This document shows, piece after piece, positions 1-15,299 of a stretch of DNA of 64,000 nt. The position numbers were made by a program, and so were the translations under genes. This DNA is from Chrysomallon squamiferum. Taxonomy: Eukaryota; Animalia; Mollusca. The notes under the pieces are model-generated. The model was not told the origin of the DNA and made no database searches. It saw only the letters and a list, made by a program, of their open reading frames with translations. Each line of letters starts with the position of its first letter. The stretch's first letter is position 1. The stretch lies in contig CM022669.1 of the NCBI GenBank assembly GCA_012295275.1, positions 682,001 through 746,000 on the forward strand. Reading direction: 5' to 3'.

Positions 1-143
1 GAACATCCGCGCCATGTCTTTGTTGTAAGTTAATGAGCTGGTACCAGTCTTGTCGCTGTGTGGCTAAGTCTGAATAGCATCTGAGAGAACATTTTAATAT
101 CTATGAAAAGATTCTTGGCCTCAAATGGTTTTGTTTGTTGTCG
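1..143 (-). other. Candidate exon of an unidentified minus-strand gene running off the left edge (possible start MARMF.. at 15)
   Basis: Acceptor-like sites ctcatttcag|(143) and gttctctcag|(80). gacATGG at 15 has an in-frame upstream stop. A second frame (CYSDLATQRQDWYQ..) is also open to the edge. Confidence 0.3.
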
Positions 144-679
144 CTGAAATGAGCAGTCGACCGTAATAATATTTTATTAAGAGTCACCTTCAGCTCTAAT
201 CTTAGTAGCGTAATTACGTTTATACAGATATTCACGAGTTCATAGATATATGATAACTTGCATTCCTATGTTGCATCCATATATCACTAAACATATATAG
301 CCATACTTGCTGCTGTGTTAACACACACAAACACACACACACATACATACACATACACACACAGCACCTTGTGCATATACAGTAACGTCATAGTAATTAT
401 ATTTTAGGTATACTGTATCTCACAGAACATTATAACCGCTCATGTTAAATTTTTCACAGAACCTGTCATAAAAGTAGAAACTAACAATAACTCGCTGTAA
501 TTCCTGGCACAGCTGGGTGGTTTGAATGAACTGAATACACAATTTATATACTGAATACACGTCACAACTCGTATCAGTTCTGTCAGCACAGAGTACACAG
601 AACATACCAGACGTACTACTAGAATAATTAGTAGTACCACTGTATACCAGAGTTATTACAAGAGTGTACGACAGACAGT

Positions 680-930
680 ACCAGAATATACCAGAGTTAC
701 TACCAGACAGTACCACTGATAGTATCAGAATATACCAGAGTTACTACCAGACAGTACCACTGATAGTATCAGAATATACCAGAGTTACTACCAGACAGTA
801 CCACTGATAGTATCAGAATATACCAGAGTTACAACCAGACCGTACCACTGATAGTATCAGAATATACAAGAGTTACTACCAGACAGTACCGCTGATACAT
901 CAGAACATACAAGAGTTACTACCAGAGAGT
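680..930. repeat. 44-bp minisatellite (accagagttactaccagacagtaccactgatagtatcagaatat), ~5-6 copies with degenerate flanks
   Basis: Direct tandem periodicity (691, 735, 779...). Confidence 0.95.
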
Positions 931-1184
931 ATTTAATACCAAAGAGAGAATTAACACCAAAGTATACCAGGATTAGTACGATGTTGTACAGGGTTAATAC
1001 CAGAGAGTACTAGAGATAAAACCAGACTGTACTTGTTATAACTAGTTTTTGTAGACTGATGAAGTAAAACGTCTCTAACTAACTTTAGGTACAGAAATGT
1101 TCTTATTAATCTCGAGGTCGATGACCTGATCAGTGTCGTCTGTTAATACAGTCTCATCAAACTGCGTTTTATCTGCTCATATAC

Positions 1185-1420
1185 GAACGACCAATCAGCG
1201 CCCGTATCTTACATGTTGATTGATGACGTCACCTGGAATATGGCATATTGACATACTGATCACGTGATGGCTAATGGCGGTCAATTAGTCATCATTACTC
1301 CATGCTTTGACACGCCCGGCCATCAAGTTCATTTGTGACTGACAGGAACTACTTAGTGAGGCGTATTTTGATTTATGTTGTGATCAGTCTGCTCGTCACA
1401 TAGTCACTCCATGACACTGT
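1185..1420. promoter_or_regulatory. Motif cluster: CCAAT (1191), CRE TGACGTCA (1224-1231), E-box CACGTG (1261-1266)
   Basis: Consensus motifs within 80 bp in non-repetitive, CpG-retaining DNA. Confidence 0.35.
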
Positions 1421-1627
1421 GATACGTTCTGCATATGTATTTTTATATACTTATGTAAATGACATGCAGATTGACAAGGTCACAATTAACATGTCATTGT
1501 TATTTTCTAATACATACAAGGATTCACGCCTACACACACAAAGACAAAAAAACAGGAGTGTATAAATAAACACATAGAGTACATCTCTGTGTTTGTGTGT
1601 ATGTATGTGTGAGCGCGCGAGCGCAGT

Positions 1628-1668
<41 letters not shown>

Positions 1669-1907
1669 GTAAATCATGGGTACTTGTGGTATGACAAATG
1701 AAATAATATTTATTACGGAACAAAAAATAATAAATAAATAGAAATAAAAAGTTTTAAAAACAATTTAAATGAAAAATGGAAAGTTAATTACAATTATTTC
1801 AGTTGAAATTTCATAATTTTAATCAGTTTAATAAATTTAGTTCTTAACATAATAATAAAATTAGTTCTTAAAACGATAAATTTTTTAAATTCTATCAGTT
1901 TGTTTGC

Positions 1908-1939
<32 letters not shown>

Positions 1940-2449
1940 TTTTGTATTTATTAGGTTGTTTATTATTTATTTTCACTGAGCTTAAATCATTACATAATGT
2001 GGTATTATGACAGGCCTAAACATAATTATATAATTTATTTATGCATATATACTGAAGGAGACATTAAAATAATTAAGCAGTTTGTATAACTATACTGTCA
2101 CAGGCTTTAAAATTATTAAATAATTTGTACAAGGATACCGATGCAGACGTTAAAATTATACTGACGCAGATATTAAAATAATTTAATTTTTATTAATCAT
2201 ATTTTTTGTTTTATTTTCATTACAAATATTAATAAATGTTATTTTAGATTAATACTGATAATGAAAAGATGAAATGAATTTAATTAATAATGTGTTGATT
2301 TCAATAGCGTTATAGTAACAGAAATATTAAAAAATATATTTTTTTATCTAATATTATCGCATTGTTGTTTCTTCGTTCTTTCTCAAAATTATTTTAAAAT
2401 AAAAAATTAAATATTTGATACAAAATAAAGTACGTTTTATCTATAATGA

Positions 2450-2491
<42 letters not shown>

Positions 2492-3059
2492 AAAGAACCA
2501 TAATATAAGAAAAAACTTATTTATAATACAAATTTTATATATTTCGTTTATCACTATTAATTATATTTATTGGAATAAATATAAATAATATTAATAAATA
2601 AGAAAAATAAAAAATATATTTGATATGGTTACGTAAAATTTTAATAAGGAAATATAGAATAACTCACATATTATATATTTGTGTATGTTTCAAGTAAGAT
2701 AAATATGTAAATAAAATAAAACGAAATACAGTTTAATGGATAATGCAAACTATATTGAAAGTAAAAAATATCAAGTTATTTTACTTTTTCATTATGAGAT
2801 TAAATTTAAAAGGATATTTATTATTATTTGTTTATGAAAATAGATAGAAATTGTGATGATGGTGAAGTAAATTAGAACTCACAGATGTGAAAGTTAAAAA
2901 CTAGGAGAAAAAGAGAATGAAAAATAAAATAAAAAAGGAAGAAAATTCAAAGGAAAGAAGAAAGTAGAAAATAGAGAAAGAATAAAGTTATGCTAATTCT
3001 ATCACAATTAACTGGAATAAATAATAAAAATGTACATATGTATGTATGTATGTATGTAC

Positions 3060-3094
<35 letters not shown>

Positions 3095-3459
3095 TGTATT
3101 TATATATGTACTTACGTACATACGTTTGCATATATGTATATATCTGTGTATATTTATATGTATGTATTTTACGAGTTCGTTTTTGGATTTTGTTGTTATA
3201 ATTCTTTTTAATTATTATTAGTTTGTGTATGTGTGCGTGTGCGTGCGCGCACGAGCGTGCATATGTAAGTGTGTATGCTTATATATCTGCATGGAAGTAG
3301 TGTACATGTTAATGGTTGTGTCTAAGTTACTTTTACCTGTTTGTGTATATTTGACGATTTATTCACTAATAACTGTATAATTATATAAAAAAAAATTTTT
3401 AAATGCTATTTGTAAAATAAGGTAAAAGACAATATTAGCCAACAACAACAAAATAAAGG

Positions 3460-3507
<48 letters not shown>

Positions 3508-3688
3508 ATATTCAAATAACAGCAAAAATAAATAATAATAATGAAATAAAGCGATGTTCAAGTAAGTACGACATTATTAACGTGGTAAACAAAGCAATAA
3601 TTCAAAAACATGAAAACAATTCTAAAAAAAAGATTAAAAAGTAAAAAAAAAAAAAAAAGTTAAACAAAAAGAACAAAGCTGTACTTAC

Positions 3689-3800
3689 CAAAGGTGAAAA
3701 AATAGCAGATTACACCTGCAAAACGTGATAAGAAATATTTCATCTGTGAGAATTCATTTCTCTGCGTGCTGCAACCAGCGGTCTTGTCCTTACCCACGTC
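3689..3800 (-). other. Candidate 5' UTR first exon of the left-hand gene
   Basis: Donor TTG|gtaagt at 3689, with a GC/CpG-rich segment and CCAAT (attgg ~3892) just upstream on the minus strand. Confidence 0.35.
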
Positions 3801-4543
3801 TCAGACAAAGCCACGCCTATTAATCGATTAAGTCAGAGTGAGTCGCGCTGAACGGCCGGTTGCAATGATCGGCAGATGCGAGAAGCGAGCGATTGGTCGA
3901 TTTGTTTCAGATAATGTAATCAGGTCAAATGTAATTTGCATCTTGATGCAACAAATGAAACTGTACAGATGTTACAAATAATTTTCGTTATCAATAACAT
4001 TTCAGACAAGCTAACGTTTAGTCACAGCGGGAAGTTTGGTGACATTTGTGAGAAGAAGAAGAAGAAGAAGAAGAAGAAGAAGAAGAAGAAGAAGAAGAAA
4101 TGATAAACGAACAGATGATAGAAAGAAGAAATGAAGGAAAATAATCCGACGTAACCAAGAACGATTAAAATATATAATTATCACGTGCAGTGACATACGC
4201 ACAGAAACACACATCCACAAACACACACACACAAACTCACACACAAACTCACACACAAACTCACACACGATCATTCTTTTGTGTTTTATTTTAAATTAAC
4301 AAGGTACCTGTTTTTGAATCTATTTTCACCAATCTAACCAAGTTTCACACTGCTCCGCTGTAATACATCCAAATATCTACTCTATGTTATCACTGACAAT
4401 CGTTTTACGTCATCGCCAATAGTTATTACGTAACTGTTTTTTTTTTGTTTTTGACAATGTTTTACGTCTGTAAGATTTATCACGTAACTCTTTTTTTTTT
4501 TGTTCTCTGACGTCTCTGACTGTAAGATTTATCACAGGGTAAT

Positions 4544-4581
<38 letters not shown>

Positions 4582-4783
4582 TGCGTGTGTGTGGAAATTT
4601 GTTTTTAACTATTCGTCAGACATAAAGAGTTACTAAAATAGAATTCATATAATGAAAGGTTTTCAAAACTGTTTCCTTCTTTTTCTTAATTGTGATTACA
4701 ATCAAAATGTTATAGTTTCAATATTTACCGAATTTAAACGTAGAAACTATATCATGTTTCACTTAAGAATAAAAATAAACAAA

Positions 4784-4826
<43 letters not shown>

Positions 4827-7191
4827 AAAAAGCTGAAAGTTAAAAAAAAGTTGATTTAGTGTTTATTTACAGGATATATTGGATTATTTAGTTGTTTACC
4901 TGACGATTTTTATTTACATTTCATACAGTAATCACGTTGAAGTATTTGTCACTGAGTGAAGACGTCTTTGATGTTAATGAAATCGCTGTTTAATCACGTT
5001 GAAATAATCAGTTTTTGAAATCACATTATACACAACGCCAGGGAAGTCAGAATGTGGGAAAGACGAGGTCAGATAAAAAAACAAAAACAACAAAGATCAG
5101 ATACACAGGTGAGAAAACTATTTTCTCTTCCTTAGTTTGTCAAACTAGATGTACGAATACGTCTTTAAACATGTTTGTAAATGGGTTTTTTTTTTATACG
5201 TTTGTAACATTTTATTTATAAAATGTATTTTTATATATGTTTGTAAATTTATCTTTATACAAGTTTGTTAATGGATCTATATGAATTCATATTGATAATT
5301 ATATTTTATCAGACACTACCAGACAAAAATAATGTTAAAGTAACGAGTTAACGATATGGCCACCCGGATCACGTGACCCGGCATGCTTCTACCTGTCGGA
5401 GAAGAACAGGACTGACTGGTTAGTGACTTGCTATTTAAATTATTGATGTTTAAGACGTTATCTGATTTTTATGTGTTTAATCACATTCTTATTTACCGCT
5501 GATGTCGTTTGATTATTTTTATAATTTATATATCAAACAAGATTTATTTAGTGTCAAAAGACATTTGCTTTAACTGCATCGTAAAACAGCACTGGAATGA
5601 AATACACCAGTAGTAGTAGGTTCCTCGCGGTTTATTTATTTATATGTCGAACAATCTAGCTATGAAAATTAAAAATTCATCGACAACAACAACAGAGTGA
5701 AACAGGTTTGCGGTAACAGCGAAGTCGTGACTAACGTTTCCACGTGGCTAGCGTTGACCAGCAACATCTGCTCAAGGAATGTCGTCCGTTTTATTTAGCA
5801 CCTGTGCTAATGCGACTGTAGGGGGTCGTAATATTCGCTTTGATGCCTAAACCGCTCAATCGAACTGGCTAATGGCAATTTATTCCTCACGCCATATTGC
5901 ACGGTTCAATCAAAAATAGCAGCAGAAATCAACAATGCGCATGCGCCAGTTTTGTTAGGCTACTGCAGCTTCAACCGGTATTACAAGTGAGTTTTAAATT
6001 TAACGCGGTGTGTCCGAAATAAATTAATAGCAACGTAAGAAAGTAAGCAAATATTTGACTGTCGTAGATTGACATGACTCGCGGATATTTTCAGTTCTTT
6101 TTCCTTTTTTTTAATTTTTATTATTATTATTTTTTTTATATCACAAGTTATAAATCCTGATATTTGTTAACAAACGAAATAAATCCTGCCAAACAAAGTT
6201 AATCTTCCTGTTAGATTACATAAAGTACATTCACAATGAAGTTACATAAACCTATATATATCAACCCCACCCACAAATACATTCATGCAAACATAGACAC
6301 ATAGACACCTAGTTCTATAAATATATATAACAACGATACAGTGTCAGTTGAAATATAGGCCTTAATAATAAAATAAAATAAAATAAAATAAAATAAAATA
6401 AAATAAAATATATGATTTTTAACTAATACAACAGCTATGGCGGTGTTTAGCGTATTAAACCGATATAAAAATATTTGTTCATCAAATTATTTTTAAAATT
6501 AAATTCAGATGAAAATGACGTGACCAAAATACTGATTGCAATGCAAATGAAAAGTAGCTAATACGTTTACTTTGACTGCCATATTGTAATACAGGAACAG
6601 TTGTAAAACTAACAAAGCCGATACCCTGTACTGTAAATAAAAATCATTTACAAAATACTGAATTTGATCTGTGAAACTTCGACGAGCAATAAGAATGAAA
6701 TAGAAGGTTAGTATTAAATAATATACATTTCGTTTATTTATTTACATAACGTGAGAGTTTTTAGTAAAGCACTGGAAAATGGAGAATAAAATGTTTTATC
6801 TGCATAATCTACGTCATTCACACATCAATTTTGTGACGTAGAAATCAAAACAGAAGCGTTGCTATTGGCAACAGACAGTAATCATCGTTACTAAGAAGAA
6901 AATTAGTTTTTTAAGCTGAAATCGGAAACATAGATTTCAGCCATTTCCTCATTTCACCAAAACCATTTTAATAACGAAAACGGTTTATTCTTGGTGTAGT
7001 TTTTTTTTTGGTTTGTTTGTTTGTTTGTTTGTTGTTGTTGTTGTTGTTGCTGTTGCTGATGTTATTGCTGTTATTATTATTATTATTATCATCATCATCA
7101 TACCTTTCCTTCATCATATTTTGTTGTTATTATTATTGCTGTTGTTGTTTATTTAATACACACACCCACACACACACACAAACACACACAC

Positions 7192-7270
<79 letters not shown>

Positions 7271-7364
7271 AAAGTGTCTTCACTTATAATTATGCTTTCA
7301 TACATATATTTAAGTTAATAGTGAGAGAAGATATTTCCGCTTAAAACACCAACAATGTGTATTA

Positions 7365-8140
7365 ATCCTAGTAAATATTGTACAATAAAACACTACAAGT
7401 GTGTGTTATTCTTAGTAAATGTTGTACAACAAAACACTAAAAGTATGTGTTATTCTTAGTAAATATTGTACAGAAAACACTACAAGTATGTTTTATTCTT
7501 AGCAAATATTGTACAATAAAACACTACAACTATGTTTTATTCTTAGTAAATATTGTACAATAAAACACTACAAGTATGTTTTATTCTTAGTAAATATTGT
7601 ACAGAAAACACTGCAAGTGTGTATTATTCTTAGTAAATATTGTACAATAGAACACTACAAGTGTGTTTTATTCTTAGTAAATATTGTACAATAGAACACT
7701 ATAAGTATGTATTATTCTTAGTAAATATTGTACAATAAAACACTTCAAGTATGTGTTATTCTTAGTAAATATTGTACAACAAAACACTACAAGTGTGTAT
7801 TATTCTTAGTAAATATTGTACAGAAAACACTTCAAGTATGTTTTATTCTTAGTAAATATTGTACAGAAAACACTACAAGTGTGTATTATTCTTAGCAAAT
7901 ATTGTATAATAGAACACTACAAGTGTGTATTATTCTTAGCAAATATTGTACAGAAAACACTACAAGTATGTATTATTCTTAGCAAATATTGTACAGAAAA
8001 CACTACAAGTATGTTTCATTCTTACAAAATGTCGTACAATAAAACTCTAGTATAGTGAATTATTCTTAGTAAACGTCGTACAATAAGACCCTGGTATAGT
8101 GTGTTATTCTTACTAAATGTCATACAATAAAACACTAGTA
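7365..8140. repeat. 43-44-bp minisatellite (ttattcttagtaaatattgtacaataaaacactacaagtgtgtg), ~17 copies
   Basis: Direct tandem periodicity. Confidence 0.95.
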
Positions 8141-8462
8141 TATTTCTTACCCCGTCTCACAACGAGGCTGACTGAGAGAATAGCTTTTTGGCATTTGACA
8201 TGTGAGTCGCGTGCAAGGCGTAAAGTTAAACTGTAGACGTTTACAAAGTGTAATTTAAGTATCACGTTTCAAAAAGCTAATAACTCTTGCCGCGGAATTC
8301 AGCTCCGCGTTATATTACAGTGTATTTTCCCTAACCCCGGTTTGGGTTTCATATTTTATTACGGAATTTTTTTAAATTGTTTTTTTTTTGTTGTTGTTGG
8401 TTAAAATGATATTTATTTAGCAAAGTTAACTGTATTTATATTTCTGTATTGAATAATAACAC

Positions 8463-8519
<57 letters not shown>

Positions 8520-8797
8520 TTTTGAGGCTTCTTTGATCGAGGAGAGACGATTTCTGAAACGAACAGATGTGACAACTAATTTCGACATTATAATATAAAT
8601 AAATAAATAAATAAAAGTAAATAACAAATAAATAAATATACAGCAAACAAACAAACAAATAAACAAACAAATAAATAAATAAATAATACATTTCTCTATT
8701 ACTAAAATATAATAAACGGGAACTAACAATATATTAAAAAGTGAATGCCAGTTATAAATGTGAAGAAGTTTTATGTTTATTAAATAATAATAATAAC

Positions 8798-8862
<65 letters not shown>

Positions 8863-9074
8863 TACATATCTAAATGTCTATCACTAGTATTAACGGAGAA
8901 AATACTCAGTTATTGTTGAGTTAATGGAAGAGTTTGCAGCGTCAAACAACATGAACACGAAAGTGCGCGTACTAGACTGACAGATGCAGTTGTTCTGTTT
9001 GTACCACGTCTGCACAACTTCCTGAAGAAAAACGTACCAACGATGCTAATAATATTGATAAATGTTGGCAAAAT

Positions 9075-9132
<58 letters not shown>

Positions 9133-9653
9133 TAGTAGTAGTAGTAGTAGTATTAGTATTAGTATTAGTATTATCTATCAGTTATAACAGTGACAAATAT
9201 GAATATGAATTTGTTGATTATAATAACAGCAACAACAAATGTATAAATACAGACAGACTTTAACATTATGACGCAATAAACGATCTACGTCATAAGACAG
9301 CGATATGCAGTAATATTAGTTTGGATGTACTGTCTTCATAATTACAGTAGGTGAGTTTTGTTAACAACGACAACAACACCAACAACAAAAAAGAGGAAGA
9401 ACAAGAAGAAAACAGACTATTAAAATCACAAGATAGATACTGTAATTCTCTAATAACTTTAGCTGAACGCCTGACAGAACTGATAAAAATGTATGCCCGA
9501 TAGTTATGTAAATGCTGGTGTACTTTGTAATCTCGTTGTCATACAGGACACTGACATCAAAATGGCAGCTCTAGGATCGGCCGTAAAGACTGCCACAAGT
9601 TCTTTACACAGAAACATCTTTGATAAACAGAGAAAAATCACATTAAATAAAAT

Positions 9654-9699
<46 letters not shown>

Positions 9700-10230
9700 T
9701 CACATACACACACATACACACTTATATATTATTTATTTATTTATTTAATTTATTATTATTATTACTACTACTACTGCTATTATTATTATTATTATTATTA
9801 TTATTGCTGATATCATTAATATCTAAACATATATCTCCCTTTATATATGCATATTTAATATATTTTGTAATATAATAAACATATTTTATAGGTAAGTAAA
9901 TCATTTTATTTTATTATATATGCTTGTGAGTGTTTCTTTGCCTATAAAATAGAAAAAATAGTATTTAAATTGATAAATACGAATTTAAATATTTCCAACG
10001 ATGATATAGCGGCTAGTTATCATAAACATATATATATATTATTCACACTGATAAAATGATTTTATCAATATGTTTAAAAAACACTCAGTCCATAAAAGAA
10101 ACTTAAATTTATTCCGAAAATCTTGTTTTGTTCTAACGAATGTTTAATGTTTTTGCTAACCAGAAAGAATTTTTCCTTATTTAGCATAAATAATTTTAAT
10201 ATTAAGACATAAAGAAAAATATATTTGATA

Positions 10231-10295
<65 letters not shown>

Positions 10296-10310
10296 ATAAT
10301 AATAATAATA

Positions 10311-10355
<45 letters not shown>

Positions 10356-10738
10356 TAATGATAGTAGTCTGAACATACTCTTATCTCTACATAATAATGA
10401 TATCTAAATTATAAAAATATTTTTATTTTTTATTTTTAACTAATGCCTATGACGATGAAACATCATCTAAACTTCAAATTATCGAAATAATTGTTGGTCC
10501 TGAGAAATAATTTTTTTAAACTGATGTTGCTTTTAATTCTTCCTCTTCTTCGTTTTACAGAATTAATAATTCAATAATTTTCCACTTAAAAACAAACGAA
10601 TTTTTATTAAGAAGGTCACTGCATTTTCATTCCATATGGTCGATTGTTTTATTTAAAAAAATAATTAGTTGTTAAAAACATTTTTTTTTTCCTACTAATT
10701 ACTGGTAATTTAAATCGTAGAAATAACGAATAAACAAA

Positions 10739-10809
<71 letters not shown>

Positions 10810-11699
10810 ACGTTAATTATCAAACAAAATATTTTAAACAAATTAATTTTGTCCCTTTTTAATGAATATAATAACCAACATTGTTAAAATATCTAATTAA
10901 TGATAACGTTTTAACGAAATTTCCGATATATGAAGACTTTGATATTATCGTTTCTGAGAGCAAATTCTTTAATTAACTAATATTTAAATAGTGATAGAAA
11001 CAAAGAGACTTTATCTTCTCATTTCTGCATGTGAAGATCCATTTCTATAAATTTATTAGAAATAAAAATAGTATGACTATTTAATTTAACTATCTAGTAG
11101 TATACTTTCGCATTATTTCTGAATGAGAAATGAGTAATTTACCTAAATTTTTTATTTAAGAAATTATTTTATCTATTTCATTTATTTTTTACGTATTTTA
11201 AGCATAACATTTTAAACTATTTGTGTGTTAATCAGTTATCAAAGATATAATTATGAAATAGTTCAAATAATCAGGATGAAGTAGGACATAAAATAAACTT
11301 CCATATTCTTTATCTGCTTCCAGCTGCAGTTACGCATGTTTAGATAGATTAAAACAATTTATTTATGAACAAATTTTAAAAGAAAATTTTCAACTTAAGA
11401 AACACAAACGTAAAAGTTTTAGTTTTAGTTAAAATACAAACTGAATACAAAATAAGTAAGAAAGAATTTTTTTTTTTTATATCCAAGTTTTTCTTTATTT
11501 TTTAAAAGATTAAGAAAATTTAACAAGAAAATTAGTAAAAGAAAAAAAAAAAAGAAAAAAGGATAAAAGTGACTTTTTAAAAGAGAAAAAAAAAAATAAT
11601 AATTAAATAAGCAAACAAAAAAATATAAAAACAAAGAACAAGTTTTTTAATGTTTGAAAATTGATAAAAGAACAAGAAAAATAACGAACTAATTAGAAT

Positions 11700-13200
11700 T
11701 AAAAACAAATTATATTTAATTAAAAATAACACGTGATTGTGTTTTATATGAATAAATGTAACAAATGATTTTGTTTTATTTAATTAAATATCAAAGATTT
11801 TCATATAAATTATAGCACAAGTTCTTGTAACGTTGTAATTTAATAAGCATCACATATAATTTTCTTATACTTAAACAACATTAACACGTTTTAGTTACAT
11901 TTAAATAACCATAATACACAACTGTATTATATTTAAATAATTATAACACGTGCTTGTGTTTTATATGAATAAATGTAATAAATGATTTTGTTTTATTTAA
12001 ATAATACATGACTGTGTTATGTTTAAATAGCTATATCACAACTAATGTTATATTTTATATATGATTTTGTAATACATAAATAAATATGTTACCTTTGTTA
12101 TATTTAAACAATCATAATACCTGATTTTCTTGTATGTAAATAACTACAATATAATTTTATTATATATAAATAAATACATCATCTTGTTATATTTAAATAA
12201 ATACAATACAGGAATTTGTTATATTTATATAAATATAATACACGATATTTCTATTTGAATAAATACGACATGATATTTTTATGTTTAAATAAATAAAATA
12301 GACGATTTTATTACGTTTAAATAAATATAGAACCCAATTTTATTACGTTTAAATAAATATAGAACCCGATTTTATTACGTTTAAATAAATATAGAACGCG
12401 ATTTTATTATGTTTAAATAAATATATAACACAAATTTGTTATGTTTAAATAAATATATAACACAAATTTGTTATATTTAAATAAATATATAACACGAATT
12501 TGTTATTTTTAAAGAAATATATAACACAAATTTGTTATTTTTAAATAAATATATAACACGAATTTGTTATTTTTAAATAAATATATAACACGAATTTGTT
12601 ATTTTTAAATAAATATATAACAGATGATTTTGTAATATTTGAATAATTATAATACACTCTTTTGTTACAGCTAAATAACTATAACGTATAAAATACCTAT
12701 ATTTAAATAACTATAATACGTGATTTTGTGATATTTAAGTAATTATAATACGTGACTTTGTCATGTTTAAATAATTATATTTTTTTAATTTGTTATGTTT
12801 TAATAACTAACATACGATTTTGTTATTTGCAGATAACTCTAGTACATTGTTTGGTTATATTTAAATAATTATAACACATGATTTCTTATATTTAAATAAT
12901 TATAATGTGATTTTCTTATATTTAAATAATAATAACAAGATTTTATTATATTTAAATAATTATAACATGATTTTATTATATTTAAATAATTATAACATGA
13001 TTTTATTATATTTAAATAATTATAACATGATTTTCTAATATTAAAATAATTATAACATGATTTTATTATATTTAAATAATTATAATAATTTTGTTATATT
13101 TAAATAATTATAACATGATTTTCTTATACTTAAGTAATTATAACATGATTTTTGTTATATTTAAGTAATTATAATGATTTTGTTATAAATAAGTAATTAT
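11700..13200. repeat. Degenerate AT-rich ~30-32-bp minisatellite (atttaaataattataacatgattttattat and variants)
   Basis: Tandem units with locally homogenised sub-blocks at ~12300-12620 and ~12880-13170. Confidence 0.9.
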
Positions 13201-13735
13201 AAGATGAATCTGGTATATTTCTGATAATTGTTTATTTATTTATTGATGTTAATGGCGACGTTATGTTATTTATTTAGTAAAAGCTGTGATTATTATTGCT
13301 GCTTTTGGATTTATTATTATAAATATAATTACTACTGTCATCGTAATCACCATTTATTTTGATGATGTCGTTGTTGTTGTTGTTGTTGTATTGTCGTTAC
13401 TAATAAAAACAAAAATATCTTAAACATAAACGAAAAAAAAAATATAAACGAAAGTCAAAGTTCAAAGAGACGTATATAAATACCACATTCCAGAAAAAAA
13501 AAAAAAAAAAGAGAGGAAAAAAAGAAATATGCTCCGTAAAATATTCCACTTAAAAGTATTTTCTTCTGAAATATATGTCATCTTTTAACACACAGAAACA
13601 CACAGAAACATGCATATAAACATATGTAGTTGCATATACAAACGTACATACGTACATACGTGAATGCATGTCTGTGTGTATATATATGTAAGTATCTGTT
13701 ATGTATGAATGTATATAATGAATGAATGTTTATAT

Positions 13736-13769
<34 letters not shown>

Positions 13770-13829
13770 GCATTATGTATGTATGTATATAAATGTGTAT
13801 GTATGTATGTATATATATATATATATATG

Positions 13830-13890
<61 letters not shown>

Positions 13891-14460
13891 GTATATGTTG
13901 ATACATACATATGTGGACATATACAAACAAACACAACACTGTTATAAAGACATAACTATTATTATTCTGTGTTAATATTAAGAGTTTTGTCAGATAATTT
14001 TTCAATAGCTGATTGTTAATCATTCATTGCTGAACTTGTACAAATTTTAAAACAGGATATAAAGAAAGAATAAGAAAAGAAAATGAGAAAGAGGAGAACA
14101 AAATTAAATATGAAATGAAATAAAGTGAAAGAAATGTAGTAATTACATTTCTTACACTCAACGAACTGAAAGAAACAACTAAAATAAAAACAACTTCAAA
14201 TACGTTTACAGTCGGAAACGATTTATGCAAACACGTGTATAATTACACAAACTGAACACAGAGGATTTCAAGATAAATGTTCATGACAGTTGCTAAGGAA
14301 TAATTTCTCTAAACGTTTTCTTACAGTAATACATGGTTATATATAGTACATACTTGTGTTTCTATGTGTGTGTATGTGTTTGTGTGTGTATATCTGTGTG
14401 TGTGTGTCTGAGTGTGTGTGTCTGTGTGTATGTGTACGTGTGTGAGTGTGTGTGTGTGTG

Positions 14461-14540
14461 TTATTATTATTTTTTAAATAAATTTGAACACAAACACTGA
14501 TAATATTCCTGATGTGTGATGTACTTTGATGACAGAATAA
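14461..14540 (+). repeat. Dispersed ~80-bp repeat, copy 1 (follows a (TG)n tract)
   Basis: aaataaatttgaacacaaacactgataatattcctgatgtgtgatgtactttgatgacagaataaa recurs with few changes at 57392-57470. Confidence 0.8.
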
Positions 14541-14667
14541 ATATATGTTTGTATGTTTGTGTGTCTCAGAGAGAGAGAGTAAAATAACACAAAGAAGATA
14601 GAAAGGGTATCATACATACATACACATGCAAACATAAAAAATATACCTGTAAGGTAAACTGACTTAC

Positions 14668-14790
14668 CTGAAGAGATCAAAAGATCGGATAATTTCCACC
14701 AACGCACCATTTCAGGCTGGACTGTCTACGGCTGTCACGGCGTCATGAGGCAAACGTTGATGATGTATCCAAGTTTTAAGATATATACGC
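14668..14790 (-). promoter_or_regulatory. Candidate TATA promoter plus first exon of the left-hand gene
   Basis: Minus-strand TATATA at 14787-14782, about 90 nt of GC-richer exon, and a perfect donor CAG|gtaagt at 14668. Confidence 0.45.
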
Positions 14791-14989
14791 GGATGCCCAG
14801 GGCAGACATTCCATGTCACCAGTGATTGATGTCAGAGTGGAAACATATCGAATATTATCGTCGAAGTGAAAACAGATAGCATCAAAAATTACCTGATAGT
14901 AGCCGAGTCGTTAGAACATGACCTAGAGCTGAGACACAGAGAGAAAAAACAACTGAGTGTTTGATAGACAGTCAGAAGATTAGTTTTGT

Positions 14990-15108
<119 letters not shown>

Positions 15109-15299
15109 TTAGTGTTTTAGAATGAAAGGTAAAATAACCTGAGTGAGAGAGAAAAACAGAGATGAAAGATAGAGGGAAGTTGTTAGTGTTTTAGAATAAA
15201 TGGTAAAATAAACTGAAATAGAGAGAGAAAAACAGCGATAGAGAGAGTGGTAAAGAAGAGAGAGAGAGGGAAGTTGTCAGTGTGTTAGAGGAGGTAAGG

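Noticed and set aside
1050-1080. ctgatga...aaac resembling a hammerhead ribozyme core
   Set aside because: It lacks the GAAA core and a proper stem II.
3460-3506. 47-nt poly(A) as a retroposon tail
   Set aside because: There is no recognisable element body or target-site duplication, and homopolymers are common in this window.
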